From: Octopus sinensis
Taxonomy: Eukaryota
Assembly: GCF_006345805.1 (NCBI RefSeq)
Contig: NC_042997.1
Span: 53,940,001-54,004,000, forward strand
Direction of reading: 5' to 3'
Length of the DNA stretch: 64,000 nt
Notes under the pieces: generated by a model
The model's input: only the letters and a program-made list of their open reading frames with translations
Told to the model about the DNA's origin: nothing
Database searches by the model: none
Shown: positions 11,838 through 25,560 of the stretch, piece after piece
How positions within the stretch are numbered: the stretch's first letter is position 1
How the letters are laid out: each line of letters starts with the position of its first letter
Program-made: the position numbers and the translations under genes

Positions 11838-11995
11838 TAAATCCATGATATAAAATATTTTAAAATAACAGAATGGTAGCAGCTGATAGAATTGTAGCAA
11901 ACATGTAAAGCAACCATTATATATTCCTAATGTTAACCAGACAGATGGTTGTTTGCTAAATGGTAAAACCATAAAATTATCGAAGGTTCATTAAC

Positions 11996-12183
11996 GTAGG
12001 CGTTGGAGTGGCTGTGTGGTAAGTAGCTTTCTTACGAACCGCATGGTTCCGGGTTCAGTCCCACTGCGTGGCACCTTGGGCAAATGTCTTCTGTTATAGT
12101 CTCGGGCCGACCAAAGCCTTGTGAGTGGATTTGGTAGACGGAAACTGAAAGAAGCCCGTCGTATATATATATGTGTGTTTGTT

Positions 12184-12229
<46 letters not shown>

Positions 12230-12445
12230 TGTGTCTGTGTTTGTCCCCCAACATCGCTTGACAACCGATGCTGGTGTGTTTACGTCCCCGTAACTTAGCG
12301 GTTCCGCAAAAGAGACCGATAGAATAAGTACTAGGCTTACAAAGAATAAGTCCTGGGGTCGATTTGCTCGACTAAAGGCGGTGCTCCAGCATGGCCACAG
12401 TCAAATGACTGAAACAAGTAAAAGAGTAAAAGAGTAAAGAGTAAG
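11996..12445 (+). mobile_element. Full-length tRNA-derived SINE family B with internal (TG)n and (AAGAGTA)n tail, flanked by a 137-bp direct duplication
   Basis: Head GTAGGCGTTGGAGTGGCTGTGTGG, B-box GGTTCAGTCCC; flanks 11859-11995 and 12446-12582. Confidence 0.9.
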
Positions 12446-12729
12446 TTTAAAATAACAGAATGGTAGCAGCTGATAGAATTGTAGCAAACATGTAAAGCAA
12501 CCATTATATATTCTTAATGTTAACCAGACAGATGGTTGTTAGCTAAATGGTAAAGCCATAAAATTATCGAAGGTTCATTAACAGTTTAACCTTAAAATGA
12601 ACATAGCCTTCAAAGCTTCATGCTTCATACGGGAAACAGAAAACAGACATAGAACTGAAATACAAGAACTTACATTATAACTCAAGTGTGAGTGTGTAAC
12701 AGAAAGGCATGTGTACGAGTATACGGTGA

Positions 12730-12892
12730 ACATGTATATATATATATATATGCATGTATGTGTGTGTACATGTATGTATGTATATATGTATGAATGTATT
12801 TATGTATGTGTGTGTGTATGTGTGTATGTATGTATGTATGCATGCATGTATGTATGTATGTATGTATGTATGTATGTATGTATGTATGTATA
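12730..12892. repeat. Compound (TA)/(TG)/(TATG) microsatellite
   Basis: Direct reading. Confidence 0.95.
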
Positions 12893-15764
12893 TTTGAGCA
12901 TATGTGCGTATCTATAAGGTGTATTCAACAAAAAATATAACGGTGGGGGTCAATGGTAATAAATAGATGTAATTTTTGTTTTAAATCTGTAAATTAATAG
13001 AACTAAGATGAGAATTAGTAATTTGTAACAGTTCTTGGAATTTTTCCAAATTACCATGTTAATCTAAATCTCCTGTTTCCATCTTACTACAGCCCTATCA
13101 AATTAAATATTACGCAGCCTGATTGCTTTCCTACATAAAACATTAGGCACATATATTAGACATACCCACCTCACAATGGTAGAATAAGATCTGTGGTAAT
13201 TCTGAAAATGACAAAATTTTCACGATGTGTGGTCTTTTTGTGTTTACTAAGAGATGTTAGTTGTCTTTCCAAGAAAATAGTGTTCTTAGCAGTCAGCGAA
13301 ATTATAGTTGTAAATTAGGTCAGATGAAGGATTTATATTATTGCTATTCAAGGTGTTAACATCTAATATCATTGAAGGAGGAGGTAAGACGATCGGGATA
13401 TTAGCGCGATGAAAGTATGTCATTGCAGAATAACCGTAAAATAAAACAGCAAAAACAAAAAAAATGAAAGTAACAATGAAGGCAAGGTCTTGTAAAAGGG
13501 TAAAGGAAGAGCAGAGTAAAAGAAAAAACAAAGGAGAAAGAGTAAATGTGAGATGAGGTTGTGAATAAAGAAATTAGTGCGTTTGTAATCTTGTGTATAC
13601 ACCACCACAATCAGATTTTTGTAATATATAGAATTCACAAAATTAGAGGAAACTTTTAAACCAACTATTTATAAGTAGAAGTCAGCGTCTTTGCTCAACT
13701 GTTAGAAGAAGAAGGATAAAAATGAATATAGCTTAATTAATTTCAAGTCCCGAGTTTTGTCGTGCCGACGAGTCTAAAAGGAGGACGAAATAGTACTTTT
13801 GCGACTACCAGTGACTTTCAGAACTTTATCTCATTGAAATGTAAAAAGAAAAAGAATTATATAGAAATATACTCTTAACTGTTTAATATAACAAAAATAA
13901 AAATTCCTCAACGTGCTTAAAGCCAAAAGTAATTCTTTCCCCCACTTTGATAGCAGTCAACCACGTGTTCGTATACATTTGATACTGCTTAATGGCTTTA
14001 GTTTTACATTAGTTCTAACTTATTTGAGGTAACAACATTAAGTCTATATCGTTACCAAGGGGAAAATCAACTTCTGAAGCAGGATACAAGGAAGATATGA
14101 GTGATCCTGCTCCAAAGTAAATCTTCCATTACAAAATGTTGTTTAAAAAGCTTTATCTTTCATCAGGCGGCGTAAAAAAAGGATCTCGTTCCTCTGCGAC
14201 AAGCTGTCAGTTATGTGGTTAGATGTAAAACTACCCAGAATATACGAATGTATAGAAAAAGAAACCCATTTTATATCGAACAGGTAGAAACAACCTTTCG
14301 AGGAAAAGTTACGACAAATTGCTTAACATAGAATTAACTTACTAGAGTTATACATATTTTTTAACATACGTACTTCACAGAATTAGCCTAATATATGACC
14401 TTTTTCTTTCACATCCATGTGCACGCGCGCACATAACGTGCAGGAGAGAATGAGGATAGTAAGGATGTCGTTCCATCAAAACGGTATAGGATGCTAAGCG
14501 TACCATGTACTATCGTTAAAATAATCTCGAAAAGGATTATTTAGGTTAGTCACTGTAAAATTCAATCAAAGTTTGTAAACTTCTGACCATGTTAAATATC
14601 ATTGCTTATCGAAAATATTGAAAAAAAAAAAAAACTAAAATTTTTTAGTTATTTTTGTTCAAGCCTCGAACTATTTGAATATTGTATAAAAGGAATGTTG
14701 GAGATTAACACCGCTGTAAGATAGTTTGAGCACGAAATATATATATATATACCTAACTCTTCTGAGAGGTAACATTTTGTTAGCTACGTGGCCTTTCACA
14801 GGGTTTTGTTATCATCTTGTATTTCTGTGCTTGCTAACACGATAGATGAGAGGAATCATCTGTTTCGTAGAAACTCTTGGTTTATCTCTTGATATGCGTC
14901 AACCTTTGTCTGCAAATGCAGTTAACTAAGAAAATATTAATTCAAAGAGAAAGATTTGAACACTCTCTGTTCTAATCTACTTCCTCTTTTTCACTCCCTA
15001 TCAGTCATCGTCCGTCCTACATTCTTGTACTACAATTAAACATACTAACGATTCAAAAAGAAAGTATGTTTTCATGACTTAATGATTAAGAGAAAGATAA
15101 CCCCATGCTTCACTAGAAACATTTCAGTAAGCAAAATAAAACTACTTTCGTCCCCTCTCCCGAGATGCTACTCTAAAATTTGAAGGTTCAAATGGAATTC
15201 GAAACTTTCTGTTAAATCTTTTCAATAAAGATATGAATATCGAGTGAAATTTAAAGCTGTACGTTTCCCCTTTTTGTTTTTTTTTTTGTAGAAATATATG
15301 ATTATTATAAAAGTAGACAGATTTTTGCGCATGATTATGAATGTATGGTTGATTGAATATGATAACTGATCTCAATGGCTGAGATGACTACCGGTAATTT
15401 TTTATGCGCACCAAAATGACCAAACATCAATACACTTATACAAATTAACGAGCTGCTTGTGAAACTATCTTTCCTAGTAGTTTTTACAGCGAAATTTCAA
15501 ACACTATCAAAATCAATACTCAGTTTCGCATTTTGAATATTTTCATGAATATACTAAACTAACCTAATCTGAAGAATGATTTGTATTGCAGTACTTTTCG
15601 TTTCGAAAATATCATTCAGAACTTCAGTGGAATCTTAAACGGAACATAATTCGAGCAATTTTAGATGCTCGAATATTTAAAATATTAATCTGACATACAT
15701 AAAAATATAACTCCGAAACTGAACACATCGAACAATCTGTTAAAAGGTATTATTGTTGCACAGG

Positions 15765-15990
15765 TCAAAGTGGTAAGTTAGCAGATTCGTTAGGGCGCCG
15801 GGCAAAATGCTTAGCAGAATTTCGTCCGTTCTTTACGTTCTGAATTGAAATTCCGCCGAGATCGACTTTGCCTTTCATTCTTACGGTGGTCGATAAAATA
15901 AGTACTAGTTGAGCACTGGGATTGATGTAATCAACTTACGCCCTTTCTCAAAATTTCTGGCCTTGTGGCAGACTTTGAAACCAATATTAC
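15765..15990 (+). mobile_element. SINE family A, diverged
   Basis: Family A body GCCGGGCAAAATGCTTAGC...GAAATTCCGCCGAGATCGACTTTGCC. Confidence 0.8.
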
Positions 15991-16084
15991 ACAGGTTGAA
16001 ATGATCCGCTCGTTTCATAGTAGACATATGTCAATATAAACACCCCCGCCCCCCAAAAAATAGACATGGGGAGCTAAATATTTG

Positions 16085-16312
16085 CTTTTTGCCAATCTTT
16101 GTAAATTAATGGTTTCTAATTTTGGCACATTAATTTTGAGGACGGATTACATCAACTCCAGTACTTAAATGGTATTTTATTTTATCGACCTCAAAAGGAT
16201 AAGAGGTAAAATTGACATTGGTGGGATTTAAACCCAAAACGTAAAGGATCCGGGTGAAATAACGTAAAGTCTTTTATCCGACAGCCTAAAGATTCTGCCA
16301 TCTACCGTCCTT
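16085..16312 (-). mobile_element. SINE family A, diverged, inverted relative to 15765-15990
   Basis: Reverse-complement match including GATTCTGCCATCTACCGTCCTT end. Confidence 0.7.
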
Positions 16313-16916
16313 AGCCATTATAAAATAGTACAATAAAAAGAGACTGTGAGATTGTTGTTTTTGTCGGGAGGAGGTATCCGTAATATATTCAAAGGCATCT
16401 CCGATCCGCTTCGGTCCCGGACTGGTGTACTAGTTAAAACCACCGTCTTATTGATCTTGAGTAATATCCATAAGATCTTTGCATAGTCTTTGAAACTGAA
16501 GAAAGGGAGGAAGGGTGAAAGAAACCACAACTCGTTGGTAGAAAATAATGCATCAGGATAACAAGTTATCCTTTGATCCAGAACCTGAACAGAATGTTTG
16601 TAACATGGTGGATTCCGTTAAGGGCATCTAAAGGTCATGTGATGGTGTTAAACTGGGCGACGCATTCAGCCTCCAAGCCGGATGAGTGTATTGTTAATGT
16701 ATATCGAAATTAAATTCAAGAATAATTTCAAATAACGATTCTGACGTGAACGATATACATTGGCCATACATTAACAGCCTTTGTATGTTATTGAATGGCT
16801 GACGTGTCTTCCACGTTACAATCGTTTTAGTTTCGACACACAGTCGCAGATCAAATCACTTGGCTATCAATTACACCTCCGTACCTCTACATACTTCAGA
16901 AAGACGTGAGCAACTA

Positions 16917-17418
16917 CCGTAAATCCTCGAATATAATCCGCATTTTTTCCCCAAAATTTAAAGGTCAAAATCCCTAGTACGTACTATATACGAGGTTAAA
17001 AATGAAAAATATTTTCTAAGCAATGTCCGAGTCTCTATTTGCTGTCCGGCAATGTTTACTCAGACGCATTTTGTGATGTCGGTTGCGAAAATACCTTAAG
17101 CTAAGCCTGAAAGCAATGAAGTCATAAAAGAATCATCCATAACTTGTAGTAAGCAACATTTATTAAAATAAAAGTATTCAGAACACAAAATAACATATGA
17201 CAAAAACAATTTGCAAACATATTTACATTCCCATATAACAGTTAAGAACATCACCATCATTGTAGTACGCATGCGTGGAAGTGTTTGTTCGACTAGGTGC
17301 TGCTGGCTTAATTACGCACGACTCAAGTTAGAGAAGGATTAGGTTTTTCAGAAGTACAACCCCCTAAAAATTTCCTGCGTATTATACTCAAGGGCGGACT
17401 ATACTCGAAGCTTTACGG
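16917..17418. mobile_element. Non-autonomous Tc1/mariner-superfamily (pogo/Tigger-like) element
   Basis: TA|CCGTAAATCCTCGAATATAATCCGC ... GCGGACTATACTCGAAGCTTTACGG|TA; TIRs 21/25; TA TSD. Confidence 0.75.
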
Positions 17419-18196
17419 TACTCTGTTATTGATCAATTGATCAGTTTCGATGCCAATGCATGGTATTTAGCACCACTAAATGAGTCCTTCTTTTAGGAAA
17501 CTAGAAAGATTCGTTAATGGGATATAAGATTCATTAATAAGATACCACATGCTGATTACATATGTTTACATAATTTTTAATCGCAGATGTAGCAAGTGAT
17601 AGTTAACAAAACCAAAAGCCTAATGAGAGTCGTCTCCACGTCTCCATGTTGTTGAAGTCGGTGTATTTACATCTACAGCATTAGCTTTCTAACAGGATAC
17701 ACTTCTCACCTTCAAATTTGTGTAAGCGCACGGGGAGCCCGAGAATGTTTTTAATCCCACGCTGGCATATTTTTCATATTTTACTATGATAAAATATATT
17801 TAATGTTTCAACCTTAATTTAACCCTCACCGACGAGAAATGAAACGCACATTCAAGTGTTGACGATACCGCTTTGGGGTTTTAGCCTTTTTTTTTTTTAA
17901 TAAATGAATGATCGGAAGTCTCTTCTTTTAGGATAAGAGTAGCTTGAGTATTTGTATGCAGTAAGAGATAAAGAGAAGTGGGTAGAGGTGATGTATATAC
18001 GCACGCGCGTATGTGTGTATGCGCGAGTGTGCGCGTTTTGTGAGTGTGTGCGCGTTTTGTATGTGTGAGTGTATGTGTGTGTTTGTGTGTTTTGCAGATG
18101 TACGAAGAAAGATTTTGATACGACAGACTATAAAAAAGAATAAAAGGATGAATAACAATAGTGAATATCGCTAAGTGGCTAATATAATACTCCTCA

Positions 18197-18560
18197 AAGG
18201 CGGCGAGTTGGCAGAATCGATAGCACGCCGGGCGAAATGCGTTGCCGTATTTCGTCTGCCGTTACGTTCTGAGTTCAAATTCCGCCGAGGTCGACTTTGC
18301 CTTTCATCCTTTCGGGGTCAATAAATTAAGTACCAGTCACGCACTGTGGTCGATATAATCGACTTAATCCGTTTGTCTGTCCTTGTTTGTCCCCTCTATG
18401 TTTAGCCCCTTGTGGGTAGTAAAGAAATAGGTATTTCGTCTGTCTTTATGTTCTGAGTTCAAATACCGCCGGGGTTGACTTTGCCTTTCATCCTTTCGTG
18501 GTGGATAAATTAAGTACCAGTTGCGTACTGGGGTCGATCTAATCGACTGGCTCCCTCACA
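18197..18560 (+). mobile_element. SINE family A with duplicated body
   Basis: Same architecture as 639-1045. Confidence 0.85.
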
Positions 18561-19289
18561 CACACACACATCCAAACACACACACATACACATGCACACA
18601 TACATAAACACGTATATCACATGACCACATTTTAGACAAAGCCGTCCGCTGGATACACAAACAATTATTCTCCTGAACATTACACCATTGTGTCCACCCA
18701 TGCACTGCTTCCTGTTCTTCGCCCCTGATACCTTTATCACTACTCCAACGGTCGCTGCTTTTAATTTGTTGATTATCTGCTACCTCTACCCTGACACATT
18801 TGATATTTCAACCCTTCTCGTTATCCCGACAGATTTTAACTCATACTCTTTACTAACCACTTTTGCCAATCTCTTTTTCCCAAGAATTGCTCGCTTCGGG
18901 AGTTTCTTCATATTCATGTTTCCGCTTACCGCTTCCCTATCTAACATCGAAACACTTTTATCATAGCCTTACATCAGATCAGCTATATATTCTTTCGTTT
19001 GAGTATTTGTTTTGCAAGATTCTTGATGTCAATTGTCATCTTTGGCGATGGTCATTTTGCCAGTGAACACACGCAATATTTATTTGATCTCTGCTTTAGC
19101 TTTATTATTATCATTAGTCTATTTGTAAGAGTTTTTTCGCCACACATTCTGTGACCGCTTCAATAATCATCTGTTGTTCTAATCTCTTCTTATCTCCGAT
19201 CTTATCCTGTCTATCCCATCTTGTCTGTGTTCACTTACCCTCTCTCCTAGGATAAGTAGATACCGGCGGGAACTCAAGGAGGAAAAAGC

Positions 19290-20382
19290 TCGTCAGTGCC
19301 ATACCAACAGACTGTATATGAAAAGAAAGAATAGTGGTAGTGGATTAATTAGTATAGACCATTGTATAAGGAGTGAAAGGAGAACGCTTGCCGAGTATTT
19401 GATAAATAGTGATGAAGACCTGCTGCAATATGCCGCGACAGATATGGATGTAAATGCAGATGAAATGATGGGCAAGGCAGAGTTTAACCAAAGAGCTGAG
19501 GAGAAGAGAAAAGAAGACCTTCCTGAAATGAGAATGCATGGACAGTTTGAAAGGAATACACAAGACATTAAGGATAATACAGCATCGTGGGCATGGCTTC
19601 AGCAAGGTGATTTGAACCATGCCACTAAAAGCTTGATCATTGCTGCACAAGACCAGGCTCTCGCTACTAATTCAGGGAAGTATAATATCTATAAAACTTC
19701 TGACACCCAGAAATGCAGACTCTGTGGAAAGAGTATGGAAAATATGACCCACTTAGTAAGTGAATGTGAGAGCCTTGCACAAAAAGAATACAAACGTCGC
19801 CACGATAAATTGTGTGTTTATCTCCATTGGCTCTTATGTCGTAAATACCAGTATGGAGTAACAGAGAACTGGTATGAGCATGTACCAAGTAAAGTTATGG
19901 AGGAGGGTGGAAAAGTAACGATACTCTGGGACTATGATTTTCAGACGGATCGTTTAATCGAACATCGTCAGCCGGATATTGTCATATGGAATAAGAGAGA
20001 CAAAAACTGTCAGATCATTGATGTAGCCTACCAAATGACATGAATGTTGTGACTAAAGTGGTTGAAAAAATCACCAAGTACTTCGAATTGAAAGTGGAAA
20101 TGGCGAGACTGTATGGAATGCAAGAGGGTAATGTAAAAGTAATACCACTGGTGATCGGAGCTTGGGCTCAATCCCATTGAAACTTCAAGATTTCTTAAGG
20201 CAACTGGAAATTCTATGCAAGATTGATGTCTTGCAAAAAGCAGCCTTATTGGGCACAGCCCACATCTTAAGAAAAGTATTATCTGTCTGAGGTCCTTGTT
20301 GTGACTTGACAGATGAGTAAAGACACCGGTGCATTTTTACCTACACGGTATTACGAAATAATAATGATAATAATAATAATAA

Positions 20383-20432
<50 letters not shown>

Positions 20433-20453
20433 TAATAATAATAATAATAATAA
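19290..20453 (+). mobile_element. 5'-truncated R4/Dong-clade non-LTR retrotransposon (C-terminal CCHC plus restriction-like endonuclease), 3'UTR and (TAA)n
   Basis: RLYMKRKNSGSGLISI; AAQDQAL; CRLC...H....C; RHD; QPDIVIW...IIDVA; LQKAALLGTAHILRKVLSV* (stop 20288-20290); frameshifts near 20030 and 20160. Confidence 0.88.
20364..20453. repeat. (TAA)n microsatellite
   Basis: Direct reading. Confidence 0.98.
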
Positions 20454-20459
20454 TATACA

Positions 20460-20895
20460 GCAAATATTCTGCTTAATACAACAGATTTGCTTGTCAGTTG
20501 CTTGACCTTAACCAGTTGAGCATGTCCCTTAGTGGCTGACAATATGTGCATCTCTGATCACGAGCAGAAGTAGTGGGGGAGCATCATAGCCATGTGTTGA
20601 GGGGGATTTTTTGGGGTTTGAATAATTCACTTCTGGAAACATGGGTGTTTTGTTCAACTTTCTTAAACAACCCTTATTCAGGGACCTTTTGAGCGGGATG
20701 GGCTGCTCGACCTGAAGAAAATTCTTACTGGGCCCCACCTGCAAGGTCATGTGCTGTTTATCTTGATATGAGATCACCATGTCACGCACATTATGGTTGT
20801 GTTGCATGTGCCTCGTGTACCCTTATCAGACGGGTAGTCATGATGGATATACTGGACTTCGTATATTTTACCCCAGTGTCACTTTGATAGCATGC
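20460..20895. mobile_element. Unclassified interspersed repeat followed by (CT)n 20897-20996
   Basis: GC-richer block ending in a simple-repeat tail; single copy in this window. Confidence 0.4.
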
Positions 20896-20936
<41 letters not shown>

Positions 20937-21764
20937 CTCTCCTCTCTCTCTCTCCCTCTCTCTCCCTCACTCCCTCTCTCTCTCTCTCTCTCTCTCGATA
21001 ATAATAATAATTTCCTTTTACTCTTTAACACCGTTATTGGATTTCGGTCATGTTCGAGCAATATCTTTGATCCCACTTGTAGAATTGTACTTATTTAATT
21101 GGCCTCGGAGGTACGAATTTCAATGTCAGTTAGTGTAACATTTGAACTAAGGAAAAAAGGTTACTGCTATCTATAATGTCCACATGCAACTGTGCTGCTG
21201 CTCTGATGTTCTACAAACAAATAAACAAATACCACAACATACTGTGTCCGAAATTCTGCCGTTTCTGCCTTCCATTAATTTACATCATACTCTGCACAAT
21301 CTTCGATGAACAGAAAAATAAGGCAAGAGACAGAGTCATCAAAGTTGCTTATTCAAAAAGTATTGATAGAAAAACTAAAATAGATGTCATGGTGATGTCT
21401 CAGCATGACCACCGATGTAAGGTCGAAATTAATACAAAGATTGAATAAACTCTAGGGCAGGGTATAGGAATGCGAACACTGGATAAAATGTCCAATAGAA
21501 TTTTGAGTTATATCTGATTGCACAAATGCATGTAATTTCAAAATTTTCAGTTTATGAAATAATATCAATGAATATTAGTTTTCAAATACGTATATTTTTT
21601 TGCATGAAATGTAATATGACTGCTAATATAAATTAAAGAATTATTAGTTGGAAGAAATTAATATTCGTGTAATTATACATTCATATATAAACATATACAT
21701 ATGCTTATGTACGTGTGTGTGTGTATATGTGTGTATGTATGTGTGTGTGTGTGTGTGTGTGAGT

Positions 21765-21804
<40 letters not shown>

Positions 21805-21954
21805 AGACACTCACATATTCTTTCATAGTTTTCAGCCACTCGGCTGTGTCAATGTTGTGGAACCACCATGTTACCAGCATTAGCTTGGCGCTAATTAAAT
21901 ATGATACATGTGTATGTGTGTGCATGTTTATATGTTTATATATATATATATATA

Positions 21955-22215
21955 TATCACGTTATCACGTGACCGACCAGAGCATCAGATGTTGTTACTC
22001 ATCGCTGGTCACAATGCTGTTACACATCGCTGATCACCCCGCTGGCTAAGCGAGCAGGCCAAACAGAAAGAGTGGTGAAAGAGTACAGCAGGGATCACCA
22101 CCCCCTGCCGGAGCCTCGTGGAGCTTTTAGGTGTTTTCGCTCAATAAACACTCACAACGCCCGGTCTGGGAATCGAAACCGCGATCCTGCCCTAACCACT
22201 AGGCCATTGCGCCTC

Positions 22216-22218
<3 letters not shown>
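21955..22218 (-). mobile_element. SINE family C variant
   Basis: Reverse head GTGGAGGCGCAATGGCCTAGTGGTTAGGG matches about 11005-11130. Confidence 0.8.
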
Positions 22219-22259
<41 letters not shown>

Positions 22260-22436
22260 CACATACAATATAAGAAAATGGAGGAATAGATTTCTTTCAA
22301 TCATCAACTACTAGATAATACCAATTCATATAATTTATTCATATAAATTATTAGCCTTTCTGAGTACTTTACTGGCAGTATATTGGATAAATGATATCCC
22401 ATAGTGGGTTACACTCATAACCCCTATCTCATTTTG

Positions 22437-22475
<39 letters not shown>

Positions 22476-22615
22476 CTGAAACAAATAAAAGAATATATGT
22501 ATGTATGTGTGTGTATGTATGTATATATGTATAATATATAATATACATATAATGTGTAATACATATATAATAACATTTACAATATACATAATAATATATA
22601 ATATATATATAATTT

Positions 22616-22616
<1 letters not shown>

Positions 22617-22696
<80 letters not shown>
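22617..22696. repeat. (GATA)n microsatellite
   Basis: Direct reading. Confidence 0.98.
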
Positions 22697-23759
22697 AGCC
22701 TATAAATATATACACATAACATGCACACCACATTGAGGAAATTATTACACTCTGTGGCTCTCTGGTGTGAAGGAAGCGTGTCGGTAACACAATGTTCTTA
22801 TAATACGAAGATTTGCGTTCACTCGAGTATAGTCTCTGTACAATAATTGATGAGTGTTTGTGGTCTGGAATACTCTTTATTACCTTCAAATCGAAATTTT
22901 ATCCTGTTATCAAAACCTGAATCATGGGATCGTATTACTCTACTACAAACTCTGCCTTTTGAACATTCTAGCATCTTAATACATCGAATTGATTATAATG
23001 CCGTTAATTAGACGTGAATTTTTCTGTGCAGTCGAAAAGTTTCATTCCTCACCTAACTCAGATAGTTTATTGGATAAACGAAACCATATTCCCTGATATT
23101 CCCTTACGCAACTAGCATCGTTATTCAACGGACATAAAAAAACAATATTTGGTGGGAAGAATTCACCTACCACCACACCGCGATGAAAGAGTCTGTTTAT
23201 GGTCACTTAACTAGCTAGAAATAGCCGCTAAATGTTCTCCAGGTCATATCTCATGGTCTTTAATAAGGAAGTACACACTAAATTATGTAAATAATGCTTA
23301 TAAAAAGATATGCGTAAGAAGATCGCGACTGGAACGCTTTTAATCATAAGACTTCTCAATCAACACTGACCGAGGAACTACATGCAACAACAATCTTTGG
23401 AAGATTACCATCGCTCTGCAAGTTTTCTCGTTTGACGGGAGTTGCTCTGGCTCCTAGAAAAGAGGATCCAACGCACACTCCAAGCGAGAAAACTTCTAGA
23501 AACAATTCATTTTGAAAAAGAGACATGTAGTTGTGACGAGTATTATTTTCAAAATCGCACTTGGACTGGTTCTTATTCTTACTATGTCCTCCAATCTTTC
23601 TCTCTTTACGGTACCAACACACATTCATAGAAACAAGCGCACCACCCTTGAGAAGAGAAACTCTTTTCATCTTGCCAGTTATCGACTTTTTGCTCTTCCT
23701 TCCATAATCTCAAAAACACACGAGACAATCTTAAAAGATCGCCTATTATATTGGTTCCA

Positions 23760-23985
23760 AATTTTTACATAAGGCCAGCAATTTCGGAGGAGTAGGGTTA
23801 GTTGATTACATCGACCCTAGTGCTCATCTGGTACTTCTTTTACCGACCCCGAAAAGATGAAAGGCAAAGTTGACATCGGCGGAATTTGAACTCGGAACGC
23901 AAAGACGGACGAAATGTCGCTAGGCATTTTGCCCGGCATGCTAAAGATTCTGCCATTTCGCCGCCTGATAATCTTGGAAATTTCG
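23760..23985 (-). mobile_element. SINE family A
   Basis: GGCGGAATTTGAACTC...GATTCTGCCATTTCGCCGCCT. Confidence 0.85.
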
Positions 23986-24989
23986 ATGAAACTGTTTGCG
24001 GGGAAAGCCTGGTGGAAAAATTGAAATTCATATCTCGCGTATTGGAATTTTCTCGCCAGACTGTTCTAGAACAGCATGATATATTTTACCACGAGTTGTA
24101 AGGTCCCTTACCCACAAAACTTTGCATCAACCATTTCTCCCCAAACTCTATCACAAAAATTACAACTTTGTGAATCTACGTTCTTACGTTTTCTTAGAGA
24201 CATCAATATAAAGAGATTTGCGCAAAACAGTTTTCACCTCATTAGTTTAGAAGAGGTTTGGGCACTTTTCTTCTCCCTAAAATGTAATTAAAATATACAC
24301 ATTCCTATATGATTTTTAAAACAATAGGTCATAAATAGATTTCCACTAGTTAATAACTGATTCCCTACATTGTGATTGTGAGAATGACAAGAATTATCTG
24401 CTCACTTTAGTTTTGAAAGCCTGCATCTCGTCGACCGAGACGGCTCTATTGATCTTCATACTGCGATGGTTGCATTACTCTGCGTTCTGATAGACTGTGA
24501 CAGTTGTGCACTTTGTGAAGTACTTTGACAACAGCAATCTATCTTCCAATGATAATGAGTTATTTTCTTGCAATATTCGCTCCGCCAACTTCAACAACTT
24601 AATGAATTAATTGTGTTTTGTGAGGTATTCATCTGTAAGAGACAGATAACTTTGGACTGCTTCGGATTTGTTCTTTGTAAACTTCGACTCTTCCTCTTTT
24701 TCAGCTTGCCATTTTTAAAACGCCACAAGCCTCTGTGCAGCTCTATAACATGTAGGAGAGATATGTTCATCCTACATCAGCTTTCTGTTTATGGTTACAC
24801 CTAGAATGTAGAGGTTTTTTTTTTCATTGATAGCCTATAATTCACAAAGTGTGTGCAAAATTTTATAAGTTTCTTTCGTTTTATTTTGGTACCCCAAATA
24901 TTACTTTACAATCGTCTCTCCAGATTTTCACTTTACTGACAAGTATATTATGAAGTTAACTGCAGCCGCACTGGTCTCTCTTCAGGGAG

Positions 24990-25560
24990 AATACTAAAAA
25001 TAAAAGTGGCGTAAGAATTGAACTTATGTATTAATGACTCACTTGAAACGGTGATCTTAATGGATCTCCAATTAAGATAGCTTTAAATCCGTGCTAGCAG
25101 TTTATCACTTATTTCCTTGGATTCCAATTTAGAGCAAAATTTGTTGGGCTAAAGGCTCTGTGAAAAGCTCCTTTCACGTCTAGGACCATGACACATGACT
25201 TTTAACCTACGTGAAGCTAGTTAGAAAAGGATAGTCAGAAAATCTGTTGCGTTATGGTTTGGTCGGAAGCCGCATTGACTTTTAGAGGTAAGATGATGCT
25301 TTAGTAAATAGCTTTTGTTACTTTCATGATGATGTTAATAGAAGAGTATTTTGATGGATCGGTTCGAGAATACTTCGTATGTATAGGAATCTAATAAGCA
25401 GTTTTCAAATACACCACATGTGAAGCAAAGGTGAAATCAGAATCACAGGGGTCTGGCTAGTTTTGTGCAACTTTTCTTCAGAATTCTAGCGGGAATCAGA
25501 TTAGACACCTGTGGTATATCAGTTTGAGGTCCTGCATTAGCTTCGTGATAATTTTTGCAT
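24990..25560 (-). mobile_element. Decayed CR1/L2-group LINE reverse-transcriptase fragment
   Basis: Broken translation IPARILKKSCTKLARPL; YLLKHHLTSKSQCGFRPNHNATDFL; KLESKEISDKLLARI*SYL. Confidence 0.65.
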
